From positions 4,832,001-4,896,000 of the forward strand of contig CM000154.2 in assembly GCA_000004695.1 (NCBI GenBank): 64,000 nucleotides of DNA, read 5' to 3'. The stretch is from Dictyostelium discoideum. Lineage: Eukaryota. The notes under the pieces were generated by a model that saw only the letters and a list, made by a program, of their open reading frames with translations, did not search any database and was not told where the DNA came from. Both the position numbers and the translations under genes were made by a program. Below are positions 11,221-23,032 of the stretch, in pieces (position 1 is the stretch's first letter; every line of letters begins with the position of its first letter).

Positions 11221-12590
11221 ATAAATAAAAAATGAATTTTTTAATAATATTAATTAATATTATAATAGTTTTAACAACAATTATTTTCTTAAAAAATAAT
11301 AAAAAAAAAAAATAAATATATACCTGGTCCTATTGGGTTACCAATTTTAGGAAATTTATTATCATTAAAAGGTTAATCTCATTTCAAGAATTTTATAAAC
11401 AATATGGACCAATTTATAGAATTAGAATGGGTTCTATAGAAACTATAGTTTTAACAGAATCCTCTACTTTAAAGGAGGCATTTATTGGAAATTCTTATAT
11501 TTTTGAAAATAGATTTCAAAAAGAAAGAAATAATTGTGAGAATGTGTTATTGGCAAATGGAGAATTGTTTAAAATTATTCAAAGAATTAGATAACCTTGC
11601 TGAAATTGGTGAACCAATAATTTTAAATAGATATAAAATTGATTTCATCGAATGTCATGCTAACTTTTACATATGGTGATAAATTATTATATAAATATAA
11701 TGAAATTGAAACTTTTGAAGAATATTTAAAAAATTTATCAAATTATTTAAAAGTTACAGGTCGACCAATTTTATCAGATTTTATTCCATTTTTAAAACCA
11801 TTTTCAAAAAATGTGAATATTGATGATTGTAATGATTTTTTTTACATCCAATTCAAATAAATATATTGAGAAATTTAAATCTGGAAAAAATTCAAAACAA
11901 TCTAAAACAGAAAATAAACCAATAATTTCAAAACTATTATCATTATATGAAAATGGTGAAATATCATGGGCATCTGTTATTGGATCTTGCATTGATATGC
12001 AAGCTTCTAGTACTGATACAATTATGTTTTGTTTAATAGAATTAACAAATTTAAAAAATATTCAAAATAAAGTTTACAATGAAATAAAACAAGAAATTAA
12101 AAAACAAAATATTAATAATAATAACAATGAAGATGAAGTTTTAATCCAGTATAATAAATATCGTAATTCCCTACCATACTTTTCAATGGTAATAAAAGAA
12201 ACATTTAGAAAACATCCAGTAACAGCTCATGAAACTTCAAATGATGTTGAATTTAGAGGTTATAAAATTTCAAAAGGTACCCAAATCATTAAAAATATTT
12301 GGGCAACTCATAGAAATGAAAAAATATTTCAATCACCAAACTCATTTATTCCTGAAAGATTCTTGGAAGAATTACCAAATTCTAATTTAGTTCATTTTGG
12401 AGTTGGTGTAAGAGATTGTATGGGTAAATCATTAGCTGAATCACAAATATTTACAATATTGGCAAGTTTTATTAACAGATATGAATTTTTAAATCCTAAT
12501 CCATCAATACCATTAAATGATGTTGGTAAATTTGGTCTTGCCTTTTCTTGTCCTCAAAATAAAATAATTATTAAAAAGAGAATTTAATAA
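11221..12590 (+). pseudogene. Cytochrome P450 pseudogene, full-length but frame-disrupted
   Basis: P450 landmarks are present in order: N-terminal anchor MNFLIILINIIIVLTTIIF, PGPIGLPILGNLLSL, KQYGPIYRIRMGSIETIVLTE, ANGELFKIIQR, I-helix ASSTDTIMFCLIEL, ExxR (ETFRKHP), PERF (IPERF), and the heme loop FGVGVRDCMGKSLAE. They are spread over at least four reading frames (ORF-track pieces at 11485, 11639, 11820 plus two untracked pieces) with in-frame stops. The junctions are too tight for introns. Confidence 0.7.
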
Positions 12591-12884
12591 CACACACACA
12601 CCACAACAAACTTTATCAAAATTTAAATAAAAAAAACAGAATAAATAAATTTTAAGGTAATCACAATTAGTGATTGAAATTAATATTTTATTAATTAATT
12701 TTTCATTAAACTCATATGAAATAATGTAAACAATTAAGTTCAGTATTTAAAAAAGAGAGAAATAAATTTTTTAATAAATTATTATTGATTATTATTGATT
12801 ATTATTATTGATTATTATTGATTATTATTATTGTCTATTTTTGATTATAATTATTATTATTATTATTATTTAAAAATATTTTAT

Positions 12885-13499
12885 TTAATTTAAAATTAAA
12901 TTTTCAATATCATAATAATAAAAATCTAAAATTATACTACCACCAACATCATCTCTAATCATTAAAAAGGAATGCAAACCAGGTATAGGATGACCAAGAT
13001 AAGTGTTTACCCATTTTTGAATTGCTTTTGGTTGTAATGATAAATGGATTGAAACAGTGCCATCATGAGATTCCAAATCATCCATTATTACAGTTGATAA
13101 TTTACCACTTTGTTGAGTTGTCAATTGTGGAGAGATTGAAAGTAAATTACAAAGATCATGAATTATTGATGGTTTTTGATTTAATGCTTCAATTTTAATA
13201 CTTGAAATTGAACGAGTCTTTGAAAATTCTAATAATAATTTAAATTTATTATCAAAATTAAATGAAACACCATCCTTATTAAATAAATATTTAGTTGCAG
13301 TTAAAGTTAACTCTACTAATAAATTACCACTTGATGGTAAAATATTCATTGTATAACGTGGTTTAAATGATTCTTCTAATAATAAATTTCTAATCCATTC
13401 TTTTAAATCACTATAATGTACCCAAAGTGATTTAAAATCTTTATTACAATTTAAAAACCAATTACTATTTAATAATATTTGATAAATTATTTGTTGTTG

Positions 13500-13558
<59 letters not shown>

Positions 13559-15573
13559 CATTATTTTCAGATGAATTTGAAATTAATAAAGAATGATCAA
13601 ATGAAGATTTTAAAAATTTAGTTTTCCAAAATATTTGATCAGAACAAACTCTATAAAAACTTGATGAAACTTGACTGCAATTATTTAAATCTCTAATATC
13701 ATTTAATTGATTTAATATATTTTGAATAATTTCTTGTGGTAAATTATTAATTGATAATGGTATTATTGGTAAAGTAAATTGTAATGATGAAGATGATGAA
13801 GATGATGATGATAATGAAAATTGTGGTGATATTATATTATTATTATTTGATAAAATTGAAGAAAATAATTGATTTTGTTGTTGCTGTTGTGGTTGTTGTT
13901 GATAATTATTATATTGAGGACGATATGGATTAATTGTTTTCTTTAATAATAAATAATATAATAAATTATCAATTTGAATTGAATTTAAAATTGATTTTGT
14001 AAATGTTAAATTTGGAATTGTACAATGAGGTAAATGAAGTAATGAATTATCTTGAACAATTGAAATATCTTGAAAATCTGAATTAAATTGTGATTTGAAA
14101 CTATCAAAACCATTTGAATTAAATCCAAATGAATTACAAATTGAACATTGTTGAATAAATGTATTAAAATTTGATGATGATGATTGTTGATGTTGATGTG
14201 GTTGTTGTTGTTGATGATGATATTGTTGATAAATATTAATTAATTCAAAATTTGAAATGAAACCAATTTTTTCATCATTAGCATCTTTTAAAGTTTTATT
14301 ACAAGATAAACAGAATAAAGTTGGTTTACATCTACAATTACCATTACCAACACGTAATGATTTAATAACATTTTCAAAACAAATTGGAAAATCAATGAAA
14401 CCACAATTTGAACAATGATTGAATTTAATTTGATAGAATCTATTCTCTAGTGAAGTTTGTAAGAATTCTTTCATTTCCCAAGAATTACAAAGTGTGAATG
14501 CAGAATCTGCACCATTTTTACTCTTAATTTTTGGATCGGCTCCATATTCCAAGAGTAACTTTATTATTGGGAAATTGTTTGAAACTGGTTGAAATACACC
14601 ATCATATTGTATACATTTCATTAATGGTGAAAATCCTTCACTATCAGTTTGATTAATTGAACAACCCAATTCTAATAATTGTTTAACCACTCTTTGATTA
14701 CCTTGTTTACATGCTTTTGTCAATATGGTTGGACATTCAAATTCTGAATGTTTCTCTTTAAACGTTGAATCTAAATTTAATGATTTCATCCTCAACAATG
14801 AATCATTTAAATATCTATCACCTGCGCATAATGATAGAAATAATAATTCTGATGCTTCTGATGGTGAAAGATAACCTGTTTCATATTTTAATAATATATG
14901 AATTTTACATTGATTATTATTATTTAAATTATTTAAATTATTTAAATTATTATTACTATTAAATCTAGATTGTTGTGATTCTAATATTGTTACAGGTATC
15001 CAAAGTTCTAATATCTTTTCTCTTTCAATTTCAAATAAATCAAATTCTTTTGATTCCGCTATAATTATACTTGTTGGAGTTTGTTGTTGTTGCTGATCAG
15101 CACCATTGTTATTATTATTATTTAAACTATAATCATGAAAATAAAAAATTAAATTTTGAGTATTTAATGAAAATCTTTGCATTGGATTTGTTAACGGAAT
15201 TTCAAAATATTGTTTCCAATATAATTGATTCGAACTCTTTAATTGGGTTTCTTTTTTTGTATCTTGTAAACCAACTTTAACTTTACAACCAATTGTAACT
15301 GGTGGTGGTGGTGGTGAAGTACCATCATTATTTTGAAAACCTGTGCATTCAACTACAACCAAATGTAATTTATCAACTATTGATTGTTGTTGATGTTGAT
15401 GATAATGGTGTTGTTGTAAATTATTATATGAATTTTTATATTGTTCTCTGATTAAAAAATTATTAAATTCTTGTACCAATACTGATTTTTCTTGATTTGA
15501 TGGTTTTTGTTTTTGTAATAATTGTTCTTCTTGGCGTATTCTTTGTTGATTAATATTAATATTATTATTATTA

Positions 15574-15614
<41 letters not shown>

Positions 15615-15821
15615 ATTATTACTATTTTCATTGTTTATATAATAAAAATCATTATCTTTTCCATTATCAATTGATAATAATGGTGATGATAATAATGGTG
15701 GACTATTTGGTAATCTAATTGAATAATGTTCATTTGATTGATGCTGTATATTATTATTATTATTATTATTACTGTTACTACTACTATTGTTGTTGTTATT
15801 ATTATTATTACTGTTACTATT

Positions 15822-15852
<31 letters not shown>

Positions 15853-16368
15853 CTATTATTATTACTTAAAAAAGGATTAGTATTTGTGTTGTCAACTTGA
15901 TTTTGAAATATATTTGAATTTTTAATTGACTTTATAACATCTCTAAGTTTTTGAGAATTTCTAACTAATGAATTCTTTCTTTTAGGTTGTGCTGATTGTG
16001 TATTGTTATTTAAATTATTTATACTAGAAGTTGTTGTGGTTGTTGTGGTTGTTGTGGTAGTAGTTGTTGTTGTTGGTGGTACATTGTTATTATTAAGATA
16101 ATCATAAGTAGTGTTATCATTTGTTATGTTATCATTATTATTACTATCAAAATCACTATCAACTTGCATTGGTTCAAAATCTTTTTGGTTTATATTTTCA
16201 GAAGATGAATCTGAGTAAATTGATTTCTTTTTATATACAATATGTAAATGAACTTCACCATAATAAGTAGTTGAACTAAAAATATTATTATTGTTATTAT
16301 TATTATTATTATTATTTTGAACTGGAAATGGATTATAGAATTCTTTTGGTGTTTTATTTGTTATTGTA

Positions 16369-16399
<31 letters not shown>

Positions 16400-17083
16400 T
16401 ATTATTATTACTATTGATACTTATATTATTATTAGTATTATTATAATTATTACTATTGTAATTATTATTATTATAATTATAATTATTATAATTATAAAGT
16501 GGAATTAAAGTTGAAGGAATAATGGGAATACATAAATGATGACTTGTTGAAAATTGTAATTGATTTTGAATTGGTGGTTGTTTCTCTAAATAATTATTGA
16601 TTTGATTATATAGATTCGAAAGATCAACTTTACATTCACCCATTATTTCACCTAAAAATCCATCTTCAATTATTTTAATGATTAAACTTGGATATTTGGG
16701 TTTATATTTAATGTTTACTTGACAATTAATTGCAACTGTTCCATTATTATTATAAGTTTTTGAATTTGTTTTAACCCAATTTCCAATTCTACCATTTCCA
16801 ATCTTTAATTTAATATTTTTAGGAATATATCCATTTCCTAATTTTTTATTAAATTTAAAAAAATAAATAAATAAGAAAATAAAAAAATTATAAAAAAAAA
16901 AAATAAAAAAAAAATAAAAAAAAAATTAATGAATAAAAAAAAATAAAAAAATAAAAAAATAAATAATTAATATTATTGATAATTTATGAGAAAAAAAAAA
17001 ATTAAATTAAAAGAAAAAATAATATTACCATTTTTAATTGATAAATTTTTAATTTCAATAATTTTAACTTCAAAAGTACCCAT
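12885..17083 (-). CDS. Large C2-domain / ankyrin-repeat / F-box protein; exons 17083-17029 and 16837-12885 (about 1337 aa)
   Basis: ORF 12885-16643 stays open upstream with no ATG. A 55-nt first exon (ATG GGT ACT TTT GAA GTT AAA ATT ... AAT G|GTAATA) and an acceptor ...AAAATTAG|GA at 16838 give an N-terminus MGTFEVKIIEIKNLSIKNGNGYIPKNIKLKIGNGRIGNWVKTN...IIEDGFLGEIMGECKVD, which is C2-domain-like. Further on there are ankyrin repeats (GFSPLMKCIQYDG...IIKLLLEYGADPKIKSKNGADSA) and an F-box (LPQEIIQNILNQLNDIRDLNNCSQVSSSFYRVCSDQIFW). The rest is long N/Q/T-rich low-complexity sequence. Confidence 0.7.
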
Positions 17084-17502
17084 CAATATTAAAATCTATA
17101 GTAATACCCCACCTATTTTTTAAAAAATAAAGAAAAAGAATATTAATATTTTTATTTATATTTATATGTAAATAGAAATAAATAAATAAATAAATGGAAA
17201 AATAAAAAAAAAAAAAAAAAAAAAAAAAAAATGTTTGATGATTGTGATGGTTTTGTTTAAGAAGGAAAAAAAAAATGTTTTGATGTGATAAAAAAAGAGA
17301 AAGGGAGAAAAAAATAAAAAAAAATAATTAAATTTAAAAAAAAAAAAATAAAAAAAATAATTAAAAAAAAACAATAAACGGCAATGTTTTGATGTATTTA
17401 TAAATAGATTTTTTTATTTTATTTTTTTTATTTATTTTCGGGTGCTGATGAATTCAATAACCACACAATGGGGTGTTGTGTAAATATATATATTTTTTGT
17501 GT

Positions 17503-17533
<31 letters not shown>

Positions 17534-17583
17534 TATTTTGATTTAATTTAATTTTATATTATTAATTATGATTGTTACAAATT

Positions 17584-17635
<52 letters not shown>

Positions 17636-18006
17636 TTGAACACTCAATTATTCAGATTTGCACAAATAATAACTATTTGAATGATTATTTTATGATTTTT
17701 TTTTTTTTTATGATTTTTTTTTTTTTTTTTCTTGGTTTTTTTTTTTTTTTGGGTTTTTTTTTTTTTTTATACAACTTACCAATTTTGTTTAAAAGAGATT
17801 TACTAAATTAGATAATGGTTTTTTTTTTTTATTATTTTAACTAAATTTGTATTTTGACTTGAATTATAATATATGAGGTTTTATTTTTGTTTTTTTTTAA
17901 TAAATGTGTGAAGATGTGTAATGATACAAAAAAATATAATAATAATAAAAATCAAAAATAGATAAATATACCTCAAATTTGCATAAAATAAATAAAAGGA
18001 ATTACA

Positions 18007-18044
<38 letters not shown>

Positions 18045-18944
18045 GGGCTTAAGCAACCTAACAAAAAAAGAGTGAATCAGTGTCAGTTGATCAAAAATAA
18101 AAAAAAAAAATAAAAAAAAAAAAAAAATAAAAAATAAATAAATAAGGTTGGAGTCCAAGTCTAACCGCTTTTAAAAGTAGTTGACCGAAAGTTTTTTTTT
18201 TTTTTTTATTATTTTTTTTTTTATTGTTTTTGTTTTTGTTTTTGTTTTTTTTTTTTTTTTATAATGATGTAAAAAATTAACCAAAAAAAAAAAAAACTTA
18301 AAAACCTAAAAAAAAAAAAAAAAAAAAAAAAAAGGCTATTACTTAAAAGGTTTTATGTTTTTTTTATAAAAACTTTTTATTTATATATGAAAAAAAAAAA
18401 ATATTAAAAAAATAAGAAAAAAAAAAAAACAGATAAAAAAGAATATAAATATCTTACCGTCCCACAAGCAGACTTTTTATTATTTTCTTTTTTTTTCCAG
18501 ATATTTTTTATTATTTTTATATTTTTTTATTTTTTTTTTTTATTTTTTTTTTTTTTCTGAAATTAATTTTTGTGGTTGGCGAAATGCGACTTTTTTTTAA
18601 ACCATGAAGATAAAAAAAAAAAAAAAAAAAAAAAAAAACTTTTTTATTTTATTTTAACCATTAATTTTGCAAAAAACCAAGAGGTTATACTCGAAAAGTG
18701 GAATTTACTTTTTATTATCAGAGTAACCAACTATATTCTTAATTTTAATAGTTTCCAAAAAAAAAAATTTTAAAAAAAAAAAAATAAAAAAATAAAAATA
18801 AAAAATATTAATAAAAAATCTGGAAAATTATATTATTATTATTTCTATTTATATATAAATAAATAAATTAATAAATAAATAAAATAATAATTTTATTTTT
18901 AAAATTTTTTAATTTTTTTTTTTAAATTTTTTTAATTTTTTTTT

Positions 18945-21002
18945 TTAATACATAACTTCATATTCTTGGATTTTTGATTTTAATGAAGTATTTTCAGAAT
19001 CAATTTGTTTAAATTTTAATAAAATATCACGTAATTTAGATTCTAAAGAACTAATTTTCTCATCTTTATGAGAGAGTAAAGTTTGAAGACGAGTTGATTC
19101 TCTTTGATATAAACCCAAATCCATATCACGTTGTACCAATTCACCTTCTAATTGTTTAATTTTCTCTAATGCACTATCTTGATTAAATGATGTTAGGAAA
19201 TCAATCTTTTTATTCTTTTCTTCAAGTTCTAATTCTAATTTTGCCATTTTACTTTGAATTTGAATGAGTTCATTACTTTCAAAACCATTGCCACTACCAC
19301 CACCAATTGTTAAAGAACTTGTCGATTGTGATAATGGTGAAATATGTGAATTGTTGTTGTTATTTTGACTTGGTGATTGAAGTAATAAATTACTAAATGA
19401 ATTTGGTGTAATACTACCTAAATCTCCATGATGATGATGACTATTTTGACTTGGTGAAACAAATGTTGATCTACTACCATTACCATTACCACTACCACTA
19501 CCACCTTTTGAAGCTGAATTATTAACAGAAGTTGAAACTAAAATTAATTTATTTAAATTATTAATCTTTGATTCTAATAATGATCTATGTTTTTCAGCAT
19601 CAACTAATTTATGTAACAATTCTTGATTGGTTATTTTCATTTTTTCTTTTTCAGTTAGAGTCTCTTGTAATTCTTTTTCAGTTGATAATGCATCTGATAA
19701 TTTTGATTTTAATTCAGCAATTTCATTTCTATATTGTTTTAATAATGCTTTATCATCAAGAATTTCATTAACCTTGGCATTGTTTGATATCTTTTTAGCT
19801 CTACTTGCAAATTTTAATGTATTGTGAGACTCTTCGAAATTGTTTGATGCTAATGTGATCGTACATATGATTGCAACTCTAGAATTACCACTTAATGAAT
19901 TTTGCAAGACTCTAGTTAATTTAGAATCACGATACGGTATATAACCAGTATCTTTCTCTGATAACTTTGAAATCACAGTACCAAGTGTCAATAATGATTT
20001 ATTAATATATGAACCTTCTTTATTTCTAATTGCGCTAATTGTTGACTCTGATGCTTTCTCTGAACCTGCTAAATCTATTAAATTCAATGTACTATATCTA
20101 ACGGGTGATTCTAGACCACCACTACCACTCCCCTCTGGTAAAACCTCTTTACTTTCAATGATCATTTTGAAAATGGTATGACTACGTGATGATTGTAAAT
20201 TGTATGATGTACTACCGACATGTCTATGTGCTTCACCTGCTGATATTAATGAGAGTACATGTTCAACCGATAAAACGATCTCTTCTTTTAAACCGGCGAC
20301 GTAAACACCTGTGACTGGATGTTCGTGTATTTTTAAATTGAAATTCTCTTGATTCACACCCAACAAATCGTTTACAGTCTCATTGTAAATCTCTAAATAG
20401 GATACTCTGAGAAGGAATTCACGCTCTTTGCACTCTTGAATATACGTGAAAATATCCTGAATTGATAGAGGAATAATACCAGGATTCTTCTTACCGCTAC
20501 CTGTCATTGTAAAGGTTTTACCACTACTAGTGATACCATATGCCATAATCGATGCATTATAACCCTCCATTGCACTCTTTACTAATTCTCTTGCAACCGT
20601 ATCATACACTTCATAATTATCACATGTTGGTGGAAAAAGATGATCATATGTATATGAATTTGATACAAATTTTGATGTTAATGAAGATGTTGGTGCTGGT
20701 GATGCTGGTACTGTTGTATTGGTAGTGGTGCTATTTGTTTTTAATGGTGTTTTTAATGGTGTTTTTAATGGTGTTTTTAATGGTGTTTTTAATGATCCTG
20801 CTGATGTTGATGTTGATGATGATGATGATGATTTTATTGGTGTTGAAATTGGTGGTAAAGAAGAAACTGGCTGTGTAATTGGTGGTGGTAATGATGTAAT
20901 TGTATTATTATTTCCAAATTGCCAAAGGCAATGTTCTTTATCTTTAACTTCTTTCTCATTAAATGGTCTAGCTCTTACGCTAACCGATATATTCTCGTTC
21001 AT
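18945..21002 (-). CDS. Kinesin motor protein (CENP-E/kinesin-7-like motor, 685 aa, single exon)
   Basis: The N-terminal motor has IRVSVRARPF, the P-loop GITSSGKTFTM, switch I SSRSHTIF, switch II LIDLAGSEK, and the neck VNEI. A coiled-coil stalk follows. The length (685 aa) and CENP-E-like motor suggest it may be the Dictyostelium kif11 gene, but I cannot confirm the symbol from sequence. It contains a (TPLK)x4 repeat encoded by a 12-bp tandem array. Confidence 0.9.
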   Translation of the reverse strand: MNENISVSVRARPFNEKEVKDKEHCLWQFGNNNTITSLPPPITQPVSSLPPISTPIKSSSSSSTSTSAGSLKTPLKTPLKTPLKTPLKTNSTTTNTTVPASPAPTSSLTSKFVSNSYTYDHLFPPTCDNYEVYDTVARELVKSAMEGYNASIMAYGITSSGKTFTMTGSGKKNPGIIPLSIQDIFTYIQECKEREFLLRVSYLEIYNETVNDLLGVNQENFNLKIHEHPVTGVYVAGLKEEIVLSVEHVLSLISAGEAHRHVGSTSYNLQSSRSHTIFKMIIESKEVLPEGSGSGGLESPVRYSTLNLIDLAGSEKASESTISAIRNKEGSYINKSLLTLGTVISKLSEKDTGYIPYRDSKLTRVLQNSLSGNSRVAIICTITLASNNFEESHNTLKFASRAKKISNNAKVNEILDDKALLKQYRNEIAELKSKLSDALSTEKELQETLTEKEKMKITNQELLHKLVDAEKHRSLLESKINNLNKLILVSTSVNNSASKGGSGSGNGNGSRSTFVSPSQNSHHHHGDLGSITPNSFSNLLLQSPSQNNNNNSHISPLSQSTSSLTIGGGSGNGFESNELIQIQSKMAKLELELEEKNKKIDFLTSFNQDSALEKIKQLEGELVQRDMDLGLYQRESTRLQTLLSHKDEKISSLESKLRDILLKFKQIDSENTSLKSKIQEYEVMY
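20736..20797. repeat. 12-bp tandem repeat (gtttttaatggt)x5 inside the kinesin CDS, encoding TPLKTPLKTPLKTPLK
   Basis: Directly visible tandem array at 20736-20797; in frame on the minus strand. Confidence 0.9.
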
Positions 21003-21200
21003 TCTATATAAATAAATAAATTGTCTTTTTTTTTTTTTTATTACAAATTTTTTCTACAAAAATAAATAATCTTTTTTTTTTTTTTTTTTTCATAAATTAA
21101 TTTTTTTTTTTTTTTTTGTGGCGCCATTGAAAAAAAAAAAAAAAAAAAAATTAAATAAATAAAATAAAAAAAAATAAAATAAAATGAAATAAAATAAAAT

Positions 21201-21302
21201 AAAATCAAATAATGATAATTCAAATAAAAATGAAAATTTGGTAATAAAATAAAATAAAATCAAATAATGATAATTCAAATAAAAATGAAAACTTGGTAAT
21301 GA
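21201..21302. repeat. About 45-bp direct tandem duplication in the kinesin / F-box divergent intergenic region
   Basis: aaaatcaaataatgataattcaaataaaaatgaaaatttggtaat at 21201-21245 is repeated at 21258-21302 with one mismatch. Confidence 0.8.
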
Positions 21303-22166
21303 AAAATAAAATTTAAAAAAAAAAAAAAAAAAATGAAATAGAGTCTGTGTGGAAAATAAAATAAATTTAAAAATAAAAAAAATTAATTAAAAAAAATCGA
21401 ATCTGTCTTTAATTTTAAACAACTATAAAAAAAAAAAAAGAAAAAAAAAAAAAAAAAAAAAAATAGAAAAATAAAAGGAAAAATAAAAAAAAATGATAAG
21501 GTTAATTAAAACAGATTCGTACTACGCTCGTTATTATGTGGAGTCGATTTTAAATATTGTTTGGGAAAAACAATGGTTTAAAAAATCTAAAGTTAATTGT
21601 GGTGATTTTTTTTAACTGAAAAATGGTACCCCTCACCCATATTATAGCCACGAAAAAAAAGTTTTTTTTTTTTTTTTTTTAATTAAGTTTTTTTTTTCAA
21701 GATTTTTTTTTTTTTTTTTTATTTAAGTTTTTTTTTTTTTTTTTTTTCTTTATTTATATTTCCTCTATTTTTTTCTTTTTTATATTTATATAATATTTAT
21801 TTTACTTTTTTTTTTTTTTTTTGTTAACATTTTTTAGATTGTTTTTAAAAGTTTTTGTTATTTTTAAATATTTAAATTTTTTTTTTTTTTTTTTTGGAGG
21901 TGGTACAATCTTAATTGATTTTTTTTTTTTCGTGGTTTGTGTGTATTAAATAAAAATCTTTGGGAAAAAAAAAAAAAAAAAAAAAAAAATCAAAATTTTT
22001 TGAAAATTTTTTCAATTTTTTTTTTTTTTCCACCATTCAAATAATATCACAATCATATCAAAAAAAAAAAAAAAATAACAAAAGGAATAATACTACATTA
22101 AAAAAAAAAAAAAAAAGTTCATAACAATAACAAATAAGTGTCCCATTGCACTAATTAATAAAAATA

Positions 22167-22338
22167 ATGTCAATGACAATGGATTCGGATGAAGAAAACT
22201 TAACAAAGGTAATATAATATAAATACCACCTCAATTTTTTTAATTTTTTTAAAGACACACCCCTTCTCACAAATCGGTTGGTTTTAAAAAAAAAAAAAAA
22301 AAAAAAAAAAGTTGACAAAAAAAAAAAATAAAAAATAA

Positions 22339-22382
<44 letters not shown>

Positions 22383-23001
22383 TAATAAATTATTAATCAT
22401 AAAATAATAAAAAATTGTATTAATTAATTAATTAATTTTTTTTATTTATTTTTTTTTTTTTTTTTTAAATTCTTAATTTTATAGCTTTTACAAGCTTTTA
22501 GTAATTGCAATTATATTGAATTTGTAAAAGTATTTTCAGTAGTTCATGGATTTGATGCAACATTGGAATTTTGTAAAAATTGTTTTGTTTCATTACCATT
22601 TATGGCATTAAAAAGAAAGTTTGGAATATATGATGATGAAAAAGAGGTCCAACCACAACAACAATTAGAACCTCCTCCCAAAAGGCAAGGAATAAGATCA
22701 ACATGGGAAGATGATTCAAGACAAGAATATTGGAAACCAAAAATTTTATATGATAGTGATGATTATTTCCAAAAATATAAAGAAAATAATAATAATAATA
22801 ATAATAATAATATTAATGATAATAATATTAATAATAATATTAATAAAAATATTATAAATAATAGTAACAATATTATTAATAGTAATAGTAATAATAGAAT
22901 TAATACTTTAAGTCAAATAAATAATAATATGAATAGTAATATAAATAATATAAATAATATAAATAATATAAATAATAATATAAATAGTATAAATAGTATA
23001 A

Positions 23002-23032
<31 letters not shown>

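Noticed and set aside
17162-18773. ORFs 17162-17374, 17572-17811, 17973-18158 and 18570-18773
   Set aside because: They are translations of poly-A/poly-T and (AT)n intergenic DNA and have no coding character.
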